Below are positions 24,789-35,994 of a stretch of 64,000 nucleotides of DNA, piece by piece. Where the stretch lies: positions 117,242,001 to 117,306,000 of the forward strand of contig NC_043000.1 of NCBI RefSeq assembly GCF_006345805.1. Reading direction: 5' to 3'. Source of the stretch: Octopus sinensis (Eukaryota). The notes under the pieces were generated by a model. That model was not told the origin of the DNA. It did no database searches and worked only from the letters and a program-made list of their open reading frames with translations. Position 1 is the first letter of the stretch. Each line of letters begins with the position of its first letter. The translations under genes were made by a program, and so were the position numbers.

Positions 24789-26083
24789 CAGGGGTTGGAC
24801 AAAATAATGGAAACACCTAGCATCATAACATAATTTTCAAAATATCTATAAAACTGCCAAAAGCTTGTTTATTTTTATGTTCTTTTTTTTATTTATTATT
24901 AGTGTTACTTAATATGCTTTGCTAAAATTGCTGTTTCTTTTCAGATGTCATCAGAAAAAGTTAATTAATATCCCTTAAAATGATAGATCTCTCGGACTTT
25001 CAAAGAGGTCAAATTGTCGGTGCTCGTATGACAGGCGCTCGTATGACAGCGTAAAGAAAACAGCCGAAATGTTTGGTGTATCAAGAAGTACTGTCTCGAA
25101 AGTAATGACAGCCTTTGAGAAAGAAGGAAAAAGGCCTCCTCTTCGAAACAAAACTCCGGAAGAAAGCCAAAACTATCAGATAAATATCATCGGACTATTA
25201 CGCGAATTGTTAGAAAGGGTCACAAAAGTACAGCTCCAAAAATTACTGCAGAGCTTAATGACCACCTCGAAAACCCAGTTTCCACAAAAGCTGTTCGCCA
25301 AAAACTGCACAAAGCCGGATTTCAGGGGAGAGCTGCAGTTAGAAAACCCCCACATTCAAAAACAAACGTTGCAAAGCATTTAGAGTAGAGTAAAAACCTA
25401 CAGAATTGGTTCCTAGAGCAGTGGAAGAATGTTATTTTCTCGGACGGGTCATCCGATACCTTATTTCCGTCCACCGGCCGAGTATATGTGTGGAGACAGC
25501 CAAAAGAAGCATTTGACCCAGACTGCCTTCTTCCAACTGTTAAACATAGAGGGGAATCTGTGATGATCTGGTGGTGGTGGGGGGCGGCTATATCTTGGAA
25601 ATCCGCCGGCCCAATGGTTTCCCTTCATAGCAGAATTAATAGTCAAGATTATTTAAGCATTTTATCTGATCAAATTCATCCTATGGCAGCGGAACTGTTT
25701 CCGGAGGGAAACGGATCTTTCACGATGATAATGCACCAATTCACACAGTTAAAGTTGTTACTGAATGGCACGAGGAGCAGCTAGTGAAGTTGAACATCCT
25801 ATCTGGCCACCACAGTCCCCAGATCTCACTATTATTGAATATTTAAGGTGCATTTTAGAAAAACAATGAAGGAGTCGATATCCTCCGCCATCATCACTAC
25901 AAGAACTGGAGACTGTTTTAGCTGAAGAATGGACAAAAATTCCTTTGAAAACAATTCAAATTTTGTATGAGTCCATACCTCGTAGAATTCAAGCTGCAAG
26001 TACTGCCAAAGGTGGTCCTACCCCATATTAAAATAAATTTGTTTGAAATTTTAAGGTATTTTCATTATTTTGTCCAACCCCTG
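24789..26083 (+). mobile_element. Tc1-family DNA transposon, decayed
   Basis: TIRs caggggttggacaaaataatg / cattattttgtccaacccctg with TA TSD. Transposase MIDLSDFQRGQIVGAR..., FSDGSS, HDDNAPIHT and SPDLTIIE. Confidence 0.93.
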
Positions 26084-26106
26084 TATATATATATATATAT
26101 GTTTAT

Positions 26107-26312
26107 ATTGAGACTTTTTCAACTGTAAGTATGGAAAACAATAAAATTTTGGAAAAATTAAAAGAGAATAAACAAAAGAGACAGAGAGAGGCAGAGACAA
26201 GGAAAATGGCCCTTGTATTTGAATACTATGCAAATATTCTTTTAAAAAACTTCTCTTTTAATTTTTCCAAAATTTAATTGTTTTCCATACTTACAGTTGA
26301 AAAAGTCTCAAT
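26107..26312. repeat. Foldback: 62-63 bp near-perfect inverted repeat with 81 bp spacer
   Basis: 26107-26169 versus 26251-26312; one indel and one substitution. Confidence 0.92.
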
Positions 26313-26329
26313 GACTGAAACCGGTACTG
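26294..26329 (+). ncRNA. Minimal type I hammerhead ribozyme, U3-A8 core variant
   Basis: cag-TTGAAAA-agtc(tcaat)gact-GAAA-ccgg-TA-ctg; palindromic helix III ACCGGT. Confidence 0.55.
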
Positions 26330-26417
26330 GAATGTTTTTTATAAAATTATTTTAGCATTTTCTACCTTGACTTTTTATTCCTTATGTATCAACTCGTGTG
26401 TTCCTTTTCAACCTTCT

Positions 26418-26454
<37 letters not shown>

Positions 26455-26664
26455 CAAACATACGAATACTTACGTATACGCACGCGTATATACATATATA
26501 TTCGCGTATATTCACGACTAGTGCAGTTATCCTTGTGCTGTATTGAATACATGATGTGGTTTTAAAGTCAGGTTTCGACTGCTATTTCAAGCATGGTGGG
26601 ATCGCTTAGATACCTTTATTTATAATCTTTAGAAATAATTACAACCTACATATGCATATTTATG

Positions 26665-26739
<75 letters not shown>

Positions 26740-27118
26740 CATAAATACATACATACACTGGCTTCCACAGAGATTCCGTTCACCAAATACGCTCACGGGG
26801 TTTAGAACAGAAAACATTTGTCGAAGGGTCCGCCCAGCAGGTTTGAAACAGAAACCATGTGGTTGCAAAACGAGCATCTTAACCATCCAAACATGCCTGC
26901 ACCTAGTATTTTCCTACAATCCTAACGTGCATAAGCAGTGGTTAACAAGAGTCAGCTTCCGTAACCTGTCGCCAAACACGGGCGTTTCGAACGCAAGGTG
27001 GTGCTTTCCGTCTGGTGGAATTACGGGGGGATATTTCACTACAAATTCGTTCAGGACGGTCGAATAATGAACCATCGAGGCCAACCTGTAGGCCGAACAG
27101 CTGGAGCGGACGCATACC

Positions 27119-27703
27119 TATTTCTATATTGCCCACAAGGGGCTAAACACAGAGAGGACAAACAAGGACAGACAAACGGATTAAGTCGATTATATCGACC
27201 CCAGTGCGTAACTGGTACTTAATTTATCGACCCCGAAAGGATGAAAGGCAAAGTCGACCTCGGCGGAATTTGAACTCAGAACGTAGCGGCAGACGAAATA
27301 CCTATTTCTTTACTACCCACAAGGTGCTAAACACAGAGGGGATAAACAAGGACAGACAAAGGGATTAAGTCGATTATATCGACTCCAGTGCGTAACTGGT
27401 ATTTATTTAATCGATCCCGAAAGGATGAAAGGCAAAGTCGACCTCGGCGAAATTTGAACTCAGAACTTAAAGACAGACGAAATACCTATTTCTTTACTAC
27501 ATACAAGGGGCTAAACACAGAGGGGACAAATAATTAAATTGATTACATCGACCCCAGTGCGTAACTGGTACTTAATTTATCGACCCCGAAAGGATGAAAG
27601 GCAAAGTCGACCTCGACGGAATTTGAACCCAGAACGTAACGGCAGACGAAATACGGCTACGCATTTCGCCCGGCATACTAACGTTTCTGTCAGCTCGCCG
27701 CCT
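27119..27703 (-). mobile_element. SINE B1 trimer
   Basis: Head + 3 units; 17 bp TSD tggagcggacgcatacc at 27102-27118 and 27704-27720. Confidence 0.92.
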
Positions 27704-27735
27704 TGGAGCGGACGCATACCACTGTAAGGAAAATA

Positions 27736-29006
27736 CGAGGGGCGTTCAATAAGTAATGCCTCTGACCCACTTCCCATAGCAGTAGAGCAACGAAACTTGG
27801 CACAGTTATTAGTCTTTTTCTACATAGCAACCACCCAGAGTTACGCATTTCTCCCATTGTTTGATGCAGCTCTGGAGACCGTTTTTGTAGAAGACCCCAG
27901 CTTGGTCCTCCAACCTGAACGTGACTTCAGAAATCAAGGCTGCATCATCTGGGAAACGCTTTCCTTTCAAAAACAACTTCATGACTGGGAAGAGGTTAAA
28001 ATCAGAGGGTGCAAGGTCAGGAAAGTGGGGGGATGGGGGAGGAGTTCATAGCCATACGCCTGTGCTTCTGATCTGACGACAAGCGAGTTGTGAACCGGAG
28101 CGTTGTCCTGCAGGAGGAGGATGCCTTTGCTGATCTTGCCCCGTCTCTTGATTTTGATAACTTCTCTTAATTTCCTCAAAAGTGAAGCATAATAGGCTCC
28201 TGCAGTTGTGGTACCCTTTGCCAGGAAATCTGTCATCACTACTCCGTCCTGGTCCCAGAAGACTGTGAGCATGACCTTGCCAGCGGAGGGCTGCACCCTT
28301 GCCTTCTTTGGAGGGGGTGAGTCACGGTGCTTCCACTGCATTGACTGGGCTTTGGTCTCTGGATCATCGTGATGGACCCAGGTTTCATCCTGTGTAATCA
28401 GTCTTTTGAAAAATTTTGACTCATCTTCTTGGCACATCTCCAAATTCACCCTCGAGCACTCGACGCGTTCTTGCTTCTGGAAAGGCGTGAGCAACCTGGG
28501 AATCCATCTGGCAGAGACCTTTTGCATATGCAAATGGTCATGAATGATAGTTTCCACAGACCCGGTACTAATCTTGACCTCATGGGCTGTTTGGCGAATA
28601 ATTATGCGTCGATCTTTCAAAATGGCAGCCTCAACTTGACGGACAGATGCCTCATCAATGGCAGAAGGGGCGACCAGATTTGGGAGATGTTTCCACAGAG
28701 TTCCGACCATGTTTGAATTCACGATGCCAGCGTTTTACAAGGTCATATGATGGGGCATCATCACCATAAGTTACTTTCATTTCATCAAAAGTCTCCCGTG
28801 GTGTGCGTCCTTTCAAATACAAAAACCGGATCACTGCTCGACACTCAACAGGCTCCATTTCACACTTGACTCGGTTCAAACACCTGTAAATCAGAAACCA
28901 CAATTAATTCAGAGCTGTAATTTGCCACTTACTCTATAGAGATATAAATGATTGCACATGCAAAATTTCAAGTGGGTCAGAGGCATTACTTATTGAACGT
29001 CCCTCG
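27736..29006 (-). mobile_element. mariner (DD34D) transposon, near intact
   Basis: ~37 bp TIRs cgaggggcgttcaataagtaatgcctctgacccactt with one mismatch and TA TSD. MEPVECRAVIRFL..., ITQDETWVHH, LLQDNAPVH and frameshifted PDLAPSDF. Confidence 0.95.
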
Positions 29007-30562
29007 TATACCCGGCATTGGTTAACAGAAAGCAAGCTCCTCTGTAGCATGACAACGCAAGGCCTCATACCACTCGATCGACCCGGAATAAAAGCCAGGA
29101 ACTAAAGGAAATCGAACTGATCCTACATCCAGAATATAGTCTGCACCTAACTTCTTCGGTTGTTTTCATCTACGGCTCACTACCTACACTCGCGACACAG
29201 CAACCACGTGGAGGTGGAAACTGAGGTGAAGAAGCTCTTTGCCTCGAAGGACATGCGTAGGATGAAAAAACTGGCAGAAAAATGGTTCCAGACTGTGCAA
29301 CACAATAGCTTCCACTTCGATTATTAGGCTGGTTTTGTTGTAGCTTGATGAATAAAGCAAATAACGTAGCAAAATATTGCAAGACTTCTGAATAAATACA
29401 ATATTTAAAATTGAAAGTCGTATAGAACTAAGGCAATTGAAAATTACATCATTCTGCTGTAAAGAACAGTATTATGAATGTATATATGTATATATATATA
29501 TATGTATGTTAGCATAATACATCATCGCCAACAGACATAACGTAATTAATAAAACTTCCAGTAAAGATAATATTACTGTTACTGAAGAAAGTGCCGTTAA
29601 TTGCTATCAAGAGCAACAATGTAAACATAGAAATGGTATTTCATCTAGAAAACAAATAAAAATGAAATAAAATGGTGGAAATGCAAGCCACTTAATTTAC
29701 TGAAGACATAAAGAAAAAGGGATAAGCTGCTTTACATAGCTTAAGCTCTTCAAATGATTGAAAAGAAGAGTAGCGAGTCCAACGGGTTATATAAGTGATA
29801 TGCAAAACGATTTGGACACGTTTACTAAACGATGCATGAATATAAATGGATAGTTATAAAAATGTCCTCTTTGCTCTGTGTTTGCAAAATTTCAATGTCA
29901 GAAAAATGGATTTTTCCATAGAAAATTGAAGTAAACATGTTTCAGAGGGTCCACAAAGCAAGGAAATGTGACTCTGACGCAGCCGAACAACAGAATTGTA
30001 ACAGATGACCTTGTACAAAGAGTTAGAGAAACGGCACCACTCCGAGAAAGGCAAAAGACCGCCACGAACAATTAAACCACGTATAAATTGGCTAATTCAC
30101 ACGTTTTCAAAGATCGTTCGTCTTTTAAAGGTTTTAGTCTTTGGACAGTAGCCATGTCAGGGGAATGCTCTGTATTGATTGACTACAGGACTTATTTTTA
30201 ATGTTGATGTTTATTTTATCGGTCTCTTTTTTTCCAAACTAATATGTTATGTAGACGTATCCAAACTTACGCCTTTTGTCAAGTGGTGAGCGGATAACAA
30301 ACATAAGCGTAAATACATACATAGTGACGGGTTTCCACATTCTACCAAATTCTCTCACAAGGTTCGGCACAGTGGCACTGAGCCCGAAACTACGTGGCTG
30401 CAAAGCGAAATTCTTAACCCCACAGTCATGCCTATCTATACCTATGGTTAATTAGAGTAATTAAGCAGTTTGAAAGCAGTAAAATTACACGTAGAGTACC
30501 TGAATTATTTGTTTAAAAAAATATGCGACATATTACACTGGTCTACAAAATATGCGAAATAT

Positions 30563-30732
30563 GCGCAGGAGTGGCTGTGTGGTAAGTAGTTGGCTCATCA
30601 GCCATATGGTTCCGGGTTCAGTCCCACTGCGTGGCACATTGGGCAAGTGTCTTCTACTATAGCCTCAGGCTGACCAAAGCCTTGAGAGTGGATTTGGTAG
30701 ACGGAAACTGAAAGAAGCTCATCGTATATATG

Positions 30733-30780
<48 letters not shown>

Positions 30781-31030
30781 TGTGTGTGTGTGTGTTTGTG
30801 TGTGTTTGTGTGTGTGTGTTTGTGTGACTGTGTTTGTGCCCCCAACATCGCTTGACAACCGATGCTGGTGTGTTTACGTCCCCGCAACTTAGTAGTTCGG
30901 CAAAAGAGACTGATAGAATAAGTACTAGGCTTACAAAGAATAAGTCCTTGGGTGGATTTTCTCGACTAAAGGCGGTGCACCAGCATGGCTGCAGTCAAAA
31001 TGACTGAAACGAGTAAAAGAGTAAATGAAA
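30563..31030 (+). mobile_element. SINE family A, full length
   Basis: Match to family A. Confidence 0.9.
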
Positions 31031-31472
31031 GAAAGTAAAAGAGTATATATAGCAGAAACCTTTGCAAAATTTTCCACAGAAATCCATCTCTTGGCAAACA
31101 TAGCAGAAGGCTTGTGGAGAAAAGAATGAAAGACGACACAAGCGAGTTTTCAAATCTCTGGCGCATTTGTTTTAAAGAATTGTATAAATAAGAGGATGTC
31201 TTTGTTTTTCAGGTTCTTTGTGGCAGCTTTTTATCACATCGTGTCTTTCACTTACAGAAACATATTTAACAAAGAATAAATTTACATTAAGAGAAAATGC
31301 AAAGTAAAACTGATAATCACACTGTTGCATCTTTTTGTCTGTCTCTAAGGAACGCGATATATGTATTTTTGTATCTGATATCATTCATATATTTTTCTGT
31401 GTGATTTTACTTGATTATTCTAATAGAAACAGTGATATTGTGAAGCAGACATTTTAAAAGGGGGATTTATTA

Positions 31473-32315
31473 CACTGGTCAACAAAATAAACCCTAGAGC
31501 TGGTTTAGACTAATTTTGGGGTGCTGATTCCAAAATTTATCTCAGATTATTGTGCCATTGATATAAACATTTATATAGGCCGAGTTCACGAAAAAAACAA
31601 AAGACGAAGACAGGTGGTGTACAAAACAAACAAATGTATTAGTATAACGCTCAGGAATAGAAAAAGTCTTTTACGTTTCAAGCCTACGCTCTTCTACAGA
31701 AAGGGACACAGAAAAAAAACAAGGAGAGACATTAAAATATACCTTTTTATATATAGGAGCAAAACAAAAGTTGACTTTACACCACTATTTGTGGGAATTT
31801 TAGTAGGTTTTCTAGCTAATTTTGGATATGTTCAGGCTGAGATTTGCTTTGAAATCCTTTCTCTTCTTTTCAAGTGTGAACTGAACGGCTGTGATCTAGT
31901 TATGGAGACAATATCAAAAAGAAGGATGTGCTGTGATGACTCCAGTATCTTCTGTTACAGCTGTGGAAACTCCACTCCACAGGATCAAAGGCGCAACATC
32001 AATAATTTTGTCATGAAGGTATATCTTGCTTACTTTAAAGTAGCACTCGTAGACCAGAACAAAACCTGTGTTGAAACTTGGTATGATGAAGCAATTTATC
32101 AAAGCTCTTGATCACAGTGAAGACTGCTTCAGGTATATGTGTACAACCTTTCCAAGTCTCAGTGACAAGAAGAAAGCAGAAATATTTATTTGCTGGACCT
32201 CAAATAAAAACACTCCTAAGGGAACCACATTTTGTTACAACAATGAGTGCGACTGAAGTTAGAACTTGGAATGCCTTCTCCGATGTGGTGCTGATTTCCC
32301 TTGGATTATAAGGAC
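31473..32315 (+). mobile_element. Chapaev3-like (CMC) DNA transposon 5' fragment, internally deleted
   Basis: Start cactggtcaacaaaa; CCDDSSIFCYSCG...VYLAYFKVALVDQNK and KLGMMKQFIKALD...CFRYMCTTFPSLS...FAGPQIK motifs. Family name is from recalled motif similarity. Confidence 0.6.
31666..31707 (-). ncRNA. Hammerhead-like motif with non-canonical core, within a ~190 bp insert at 31570-31760
   Basis: cttt-CTGTAGA-a-gagc(gtag)gctt-GAAA-cg-TA-aaag; A6 is replaced by U. Confidence 0.3.
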
Positions 32316-32389
32316 GCCATTTTTCAGCTTATCGTTCTTCGATACAAAAATAATACACTATTCTCCCTGAAAGTTGTTATATATATATA

Positions 32390-32427
<38 letters not shown>

Positions 32428-33127
32428 TCCCTGAAAGTTGTTATCTTTATATATATAGAACTGAGAATGTATGTGTGTCTGTCTGTCTGTGTGTTTCCCT
32501 AAAACTTGAGAACTACGCAACCAATTTCATTCAAATTTTACACATGCCTTACTTAGGGTCCGGGGAGTTTCACCGGCAAAACAATTTTGAACTTTTTGCC
32601 TAGGGCGAGCCCACAGCAATATCATATCTTCTCCAATACGATTCCCTAAATCTTGAGAACTACACAACCAATTTCATTCAAATACTACAAATGCCTTACT
32701 TAGGGTCCATGTAGTTTCATGGGCAAAACAAATGTTCAACTTCTTGCTTAGAGCGAGCCCATAGCAATATCATATCTTCTTCACTATTTCAGTATTACGT
32801 GTTAAAAGTGAAACAAAAATATTTCTCTATTTTATGTCAGATGCTTTCCCTTTAACAATAAAAATAATAATAACAATTGAAATATATGTAGTAAGTAATA
32901 ATTAAAATCAAACTAAAGTATAATATAACCGTAACATAACAAAAGTAAAAATAGCAATTGGTATAAAATTGCATCAATGATTTGAACTTGAATAAGTGGT
33001 TTCACATGAATGGGAATAAATTAAAAATAAAATTAGCGTGCAGAAATGGAATAATAAAAAATTAAATTAAAGAAAAGACTATTGTCTATAAAGTATACAA
33101 TGTGGAGAAAAAAGAAGAGCTGCCAAG

Positions 33128-33814
33128 TCCAGTCTTCATTGATTGTGTTGGTTAGTTATTTTGTATGTGAAAAATTTGGAAAAAAAAATTGTTAAAAAAT
33201 TGAATCGCGTGAGGCGTTTACCGCTGCGTGTTTGAACCTTTTATAGAAGGTGTGTCGACCCTCAAGTCATGGAGACTTACGCGGGGGTCTCCACAACAAA
33301 AAGTGATGAGTCTTTTAGAATAACAGAAGTGTTCGTTAGAAAAGAACAATTGAAGGAATACGAGAAGTTCGTCAAAAGGGAGGGCACGAGAACAACGCTG
33401 AGGCGTTCATCGAGGCAGCTGGCAAGAACGTGTCAAAACATATGAAATGCCGACTTACAAGGTGGCCACGAACGATGGAAATTTACCAAGATTTGGTAGA
33501 GATAATGGAGTATATATCAAAGAAAAGTTATTGTGAATACTTTAATTTGGAAATGATAAAAAGAACTTTAAATTCTGGGAAAAAAAAAAGATGTTGAACT
33601 TTGTAAAATTTTTGAAATGTATGTTGAAAATGTGTAAAATGTTTTTATTTGGAAAATATTGTTGACGAATAAAAAATGACGAAATGTAACCGCTCGATTC
33701 CGGGGATCGAATGGGCATTACACCACATTGTACAAACTTCATAATTCATTATTTTATTTTTCCCGATTGTATTATCCCCTCTATGTTGCCCCTTGTGGGT
33801 AGGAATAAAACACT
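33128..33814 (+). mobile_element. Internally deleted copy of the ORF1-only element
   Basis: Same 5' UTR, ORF start and 3' UTR as 33815-35746, lacking roughly 34080-35324. Confidence 0.9.
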
Positions 33815-35746
33815 TCCAGTCTTCATTGATTGTGTTGGTTAGTTATTTTGTATGTGAAAAGTTTGGAAAAAAACTGTTAAAAAATTGTTAAATAATTGAA
33901 TCGCGCGAGGCGCTTGCCGCTGCGTGTTTGAACCTTTTATAGAAGGTGTGTCGACCCTCTAGTCATGGAGACTTACGCGGGGGTCGCCACAACAAAAAGT
34001 GATGAGTCTCTTAGAATAACAGAAGTGTCCTTTAGAAAAGAACAATTGAAGGAATACGAGAAGTTCGTCAAAAGGGAGGGTGACAGCGTGAAGCTGGTCC
34101 CGCCTGTTGAAACAATAGAGGAGAGAAATAACAAGACGATAACGTATAGAACGCAAGATAGGGACACGAGAAAACTGGTGAGAGTGACGATTGAAGAAAT
34201 AGGGAAATGTCTGGGGGACATTATGAAAAAACGACTTTTGTGGACAGAGGAAAGAAATATGGTACGGTGGAGGTGAGATGCGCAACAAAGGAAGTGGCGG
34301 CCTCATTGGCTTCCACTGTCCTGAAAGCCGAAAATTTCACTATGTGGCCGACGTATAAAGGAAGACGAGGGGTACGTGTAAGAGTCCCAAAGGTGCCCCC
34401 AGAAATAAAAACAGAAATGCTGGTACCAGCCATTCTAGGGTCAGCAAAGGAGGAAGTAGAAATAGGGTCAATCAAAGAGACCAACGTTGTAAATTGGAAG
34501 GGATTCGGAGTAGAGTTGTGGCTGATGGCCACAATGGAAGACATCGAACGGTTTCCCTTCCAAATAGAAATAGAAAACGAGAAAACAATTAGTGTAATTG
34601 TGGAGGGGAGAAAACCGAATTGCTACTTGTGCGGGTCAAGAGGGCACATAAAAAAGGAATGTCCGCTATATGAATTCACAGCGGAGAGGGAAATGGAGCA
34701 AAAAGAGGCACAAAGTGGAGAGAACAAAAAAGAGAAAGAAAAAGAACACGAAATAAAGGACTGCGAAAACAAGGAAAAGGAAATAACGGAGAAACAACAA
34801 GAGAAGGGAAGTAACATCGCACTGAAGGAAAATGAAAACAAAGGGAAGAAGATAGTAGAAAAGGAGCAAAATTCACAGGGTGGAGAAGTAGTGGAGAAGG
34901 AGCCAAAGCAGAAGCAAGAGAAAGAAAAGGAAAGTACATTAAAGGAAAGAGAAAAAACAGGAAAAGAACAAGAGAAGGAACAGAACCAAGAGAAAGGAAA
35001 AGATGGTATGCAAAAAGGAAAAGAAACAACAGGAAAGGAACATGAGGCACAGGGTAGAGAGACGACAGACAAAGAGCCTAAAAGACAAGCGAAGGAAAAA
35101 GAAAGAAGAGAAAGCAAAAAGAGAGAAAGAGAGAAACCGAGAGAGGAGAAAAAAGAGGAAGTAAGTCCTAAGAGAAAAACTAGAGAAAATGCAGGTACGA
35201 ATAAAAGATTCAAATACTATGGAACATTGATCCATCACAGGCACTGTGAGGAGGTGGAAGATTTAATAAGCGAAACAGATGGATATACGTGGGTCAGGAT
35301 GGAAAGAAACAGGTGCACTCGTCCACGAGAACAACGCTGAGGCGTTCATCGAGGCAGCTGGCAAGAACGTGTCAAAACATATTAAATGCCGACTTACAAG
35401 GTCGCCACGAACGATGGAAAATTACCAAGATTTGGTAGAGATAATGGAGTATATATAAAAGAAAAGTTATTGTGAAAACTTTAATTGGAAATGATAAAAA
35501 GAAATTTAAATTCTGCAAAAATATGTTGAACTTTGTAAAATTTTTGAAATGTATGTTGAAAATGTGTAAAACGTTTTTATTTGGAAAATATTGTTGACGA
35601 ATAAAAAATGACGAAATGTAACCGCTCGATTTCGGGGATCGAATGGGCATTACACCACATTGTACAAACTTCATAATTCATTATTTTATTTTTCCCGATT
35701 GTATTGTCCCCTCTATGTTGCCCCTTGTGGGTAGGAATAAAACAAT
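33815..35746 (+). mobile_element. ORF1-only non-LTR element (HAL1-like 'half-Tx1')
   Basis: 5' UTR, single Tx1-type ORF1 and ~400 bp 3' UTR ending in the Tx1-like tail; no endonuclease or RT. Confidence 0.85.
33965..35340 (+). pseudogene. Tx1-type ORF1 (RRM-like + CCHC knuckle + K/E-rich region) with one frameshift near 34230
   Basis: RGKKYGTVEVR, KAEN, NWKG and VEGRKPNCYLCGSRGHIKKEC motifs, shared with ORF1 at 35995-37290. Confidence 0.85.
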
Positions 35747-35994
35747 TCCAGTCTGTTATACGCGTAGTGAGTTATTATATTTTTCTTCTGTTATATTCTA
35801 CTGTGTTTCTGTAGACTTTGTCTGTATTGTCTGTTGTTGTACAATTATTGTAATCCGCCTTCGTGCGAGGGCTTCGTGTTGGTGTTCCCACCTCCGTGGG
35901 GGAAAAACTATCATTATTGCTGCAGTTGAGGCCTGTAAAACCAAAAACTTTTTGTCGCGGTTGTGCTAAAGGCTTGTTATGCCAGTTTTCGGAG

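Larger units (their letters stand above)
26905..29400 (+). mobile_element. Decayed mariner hosting a SINE B trimer and a second mariner
   Basis: VLSVWWNYGGIFHY before the insertions; GK|YPALVNRK, HDNARPH and HPEYS after them. Confidence 0.75.

Noticed and set aside
34222-34240. Programmed -1 frameshift in the half-Tx1 ORF1
   Set aside because: The zero-frame site reads G AAA AAA, not a canonical slippery heptamer. A homopolymer deletion or sequencing error is simpler.
34623-35244. Antisense S/F/L-rich ORFs, also 4828-5385 (+) and 42731-43057 (-)
   Set aside because: Shadows of purine-rich or Asn-rich sense ORFs.
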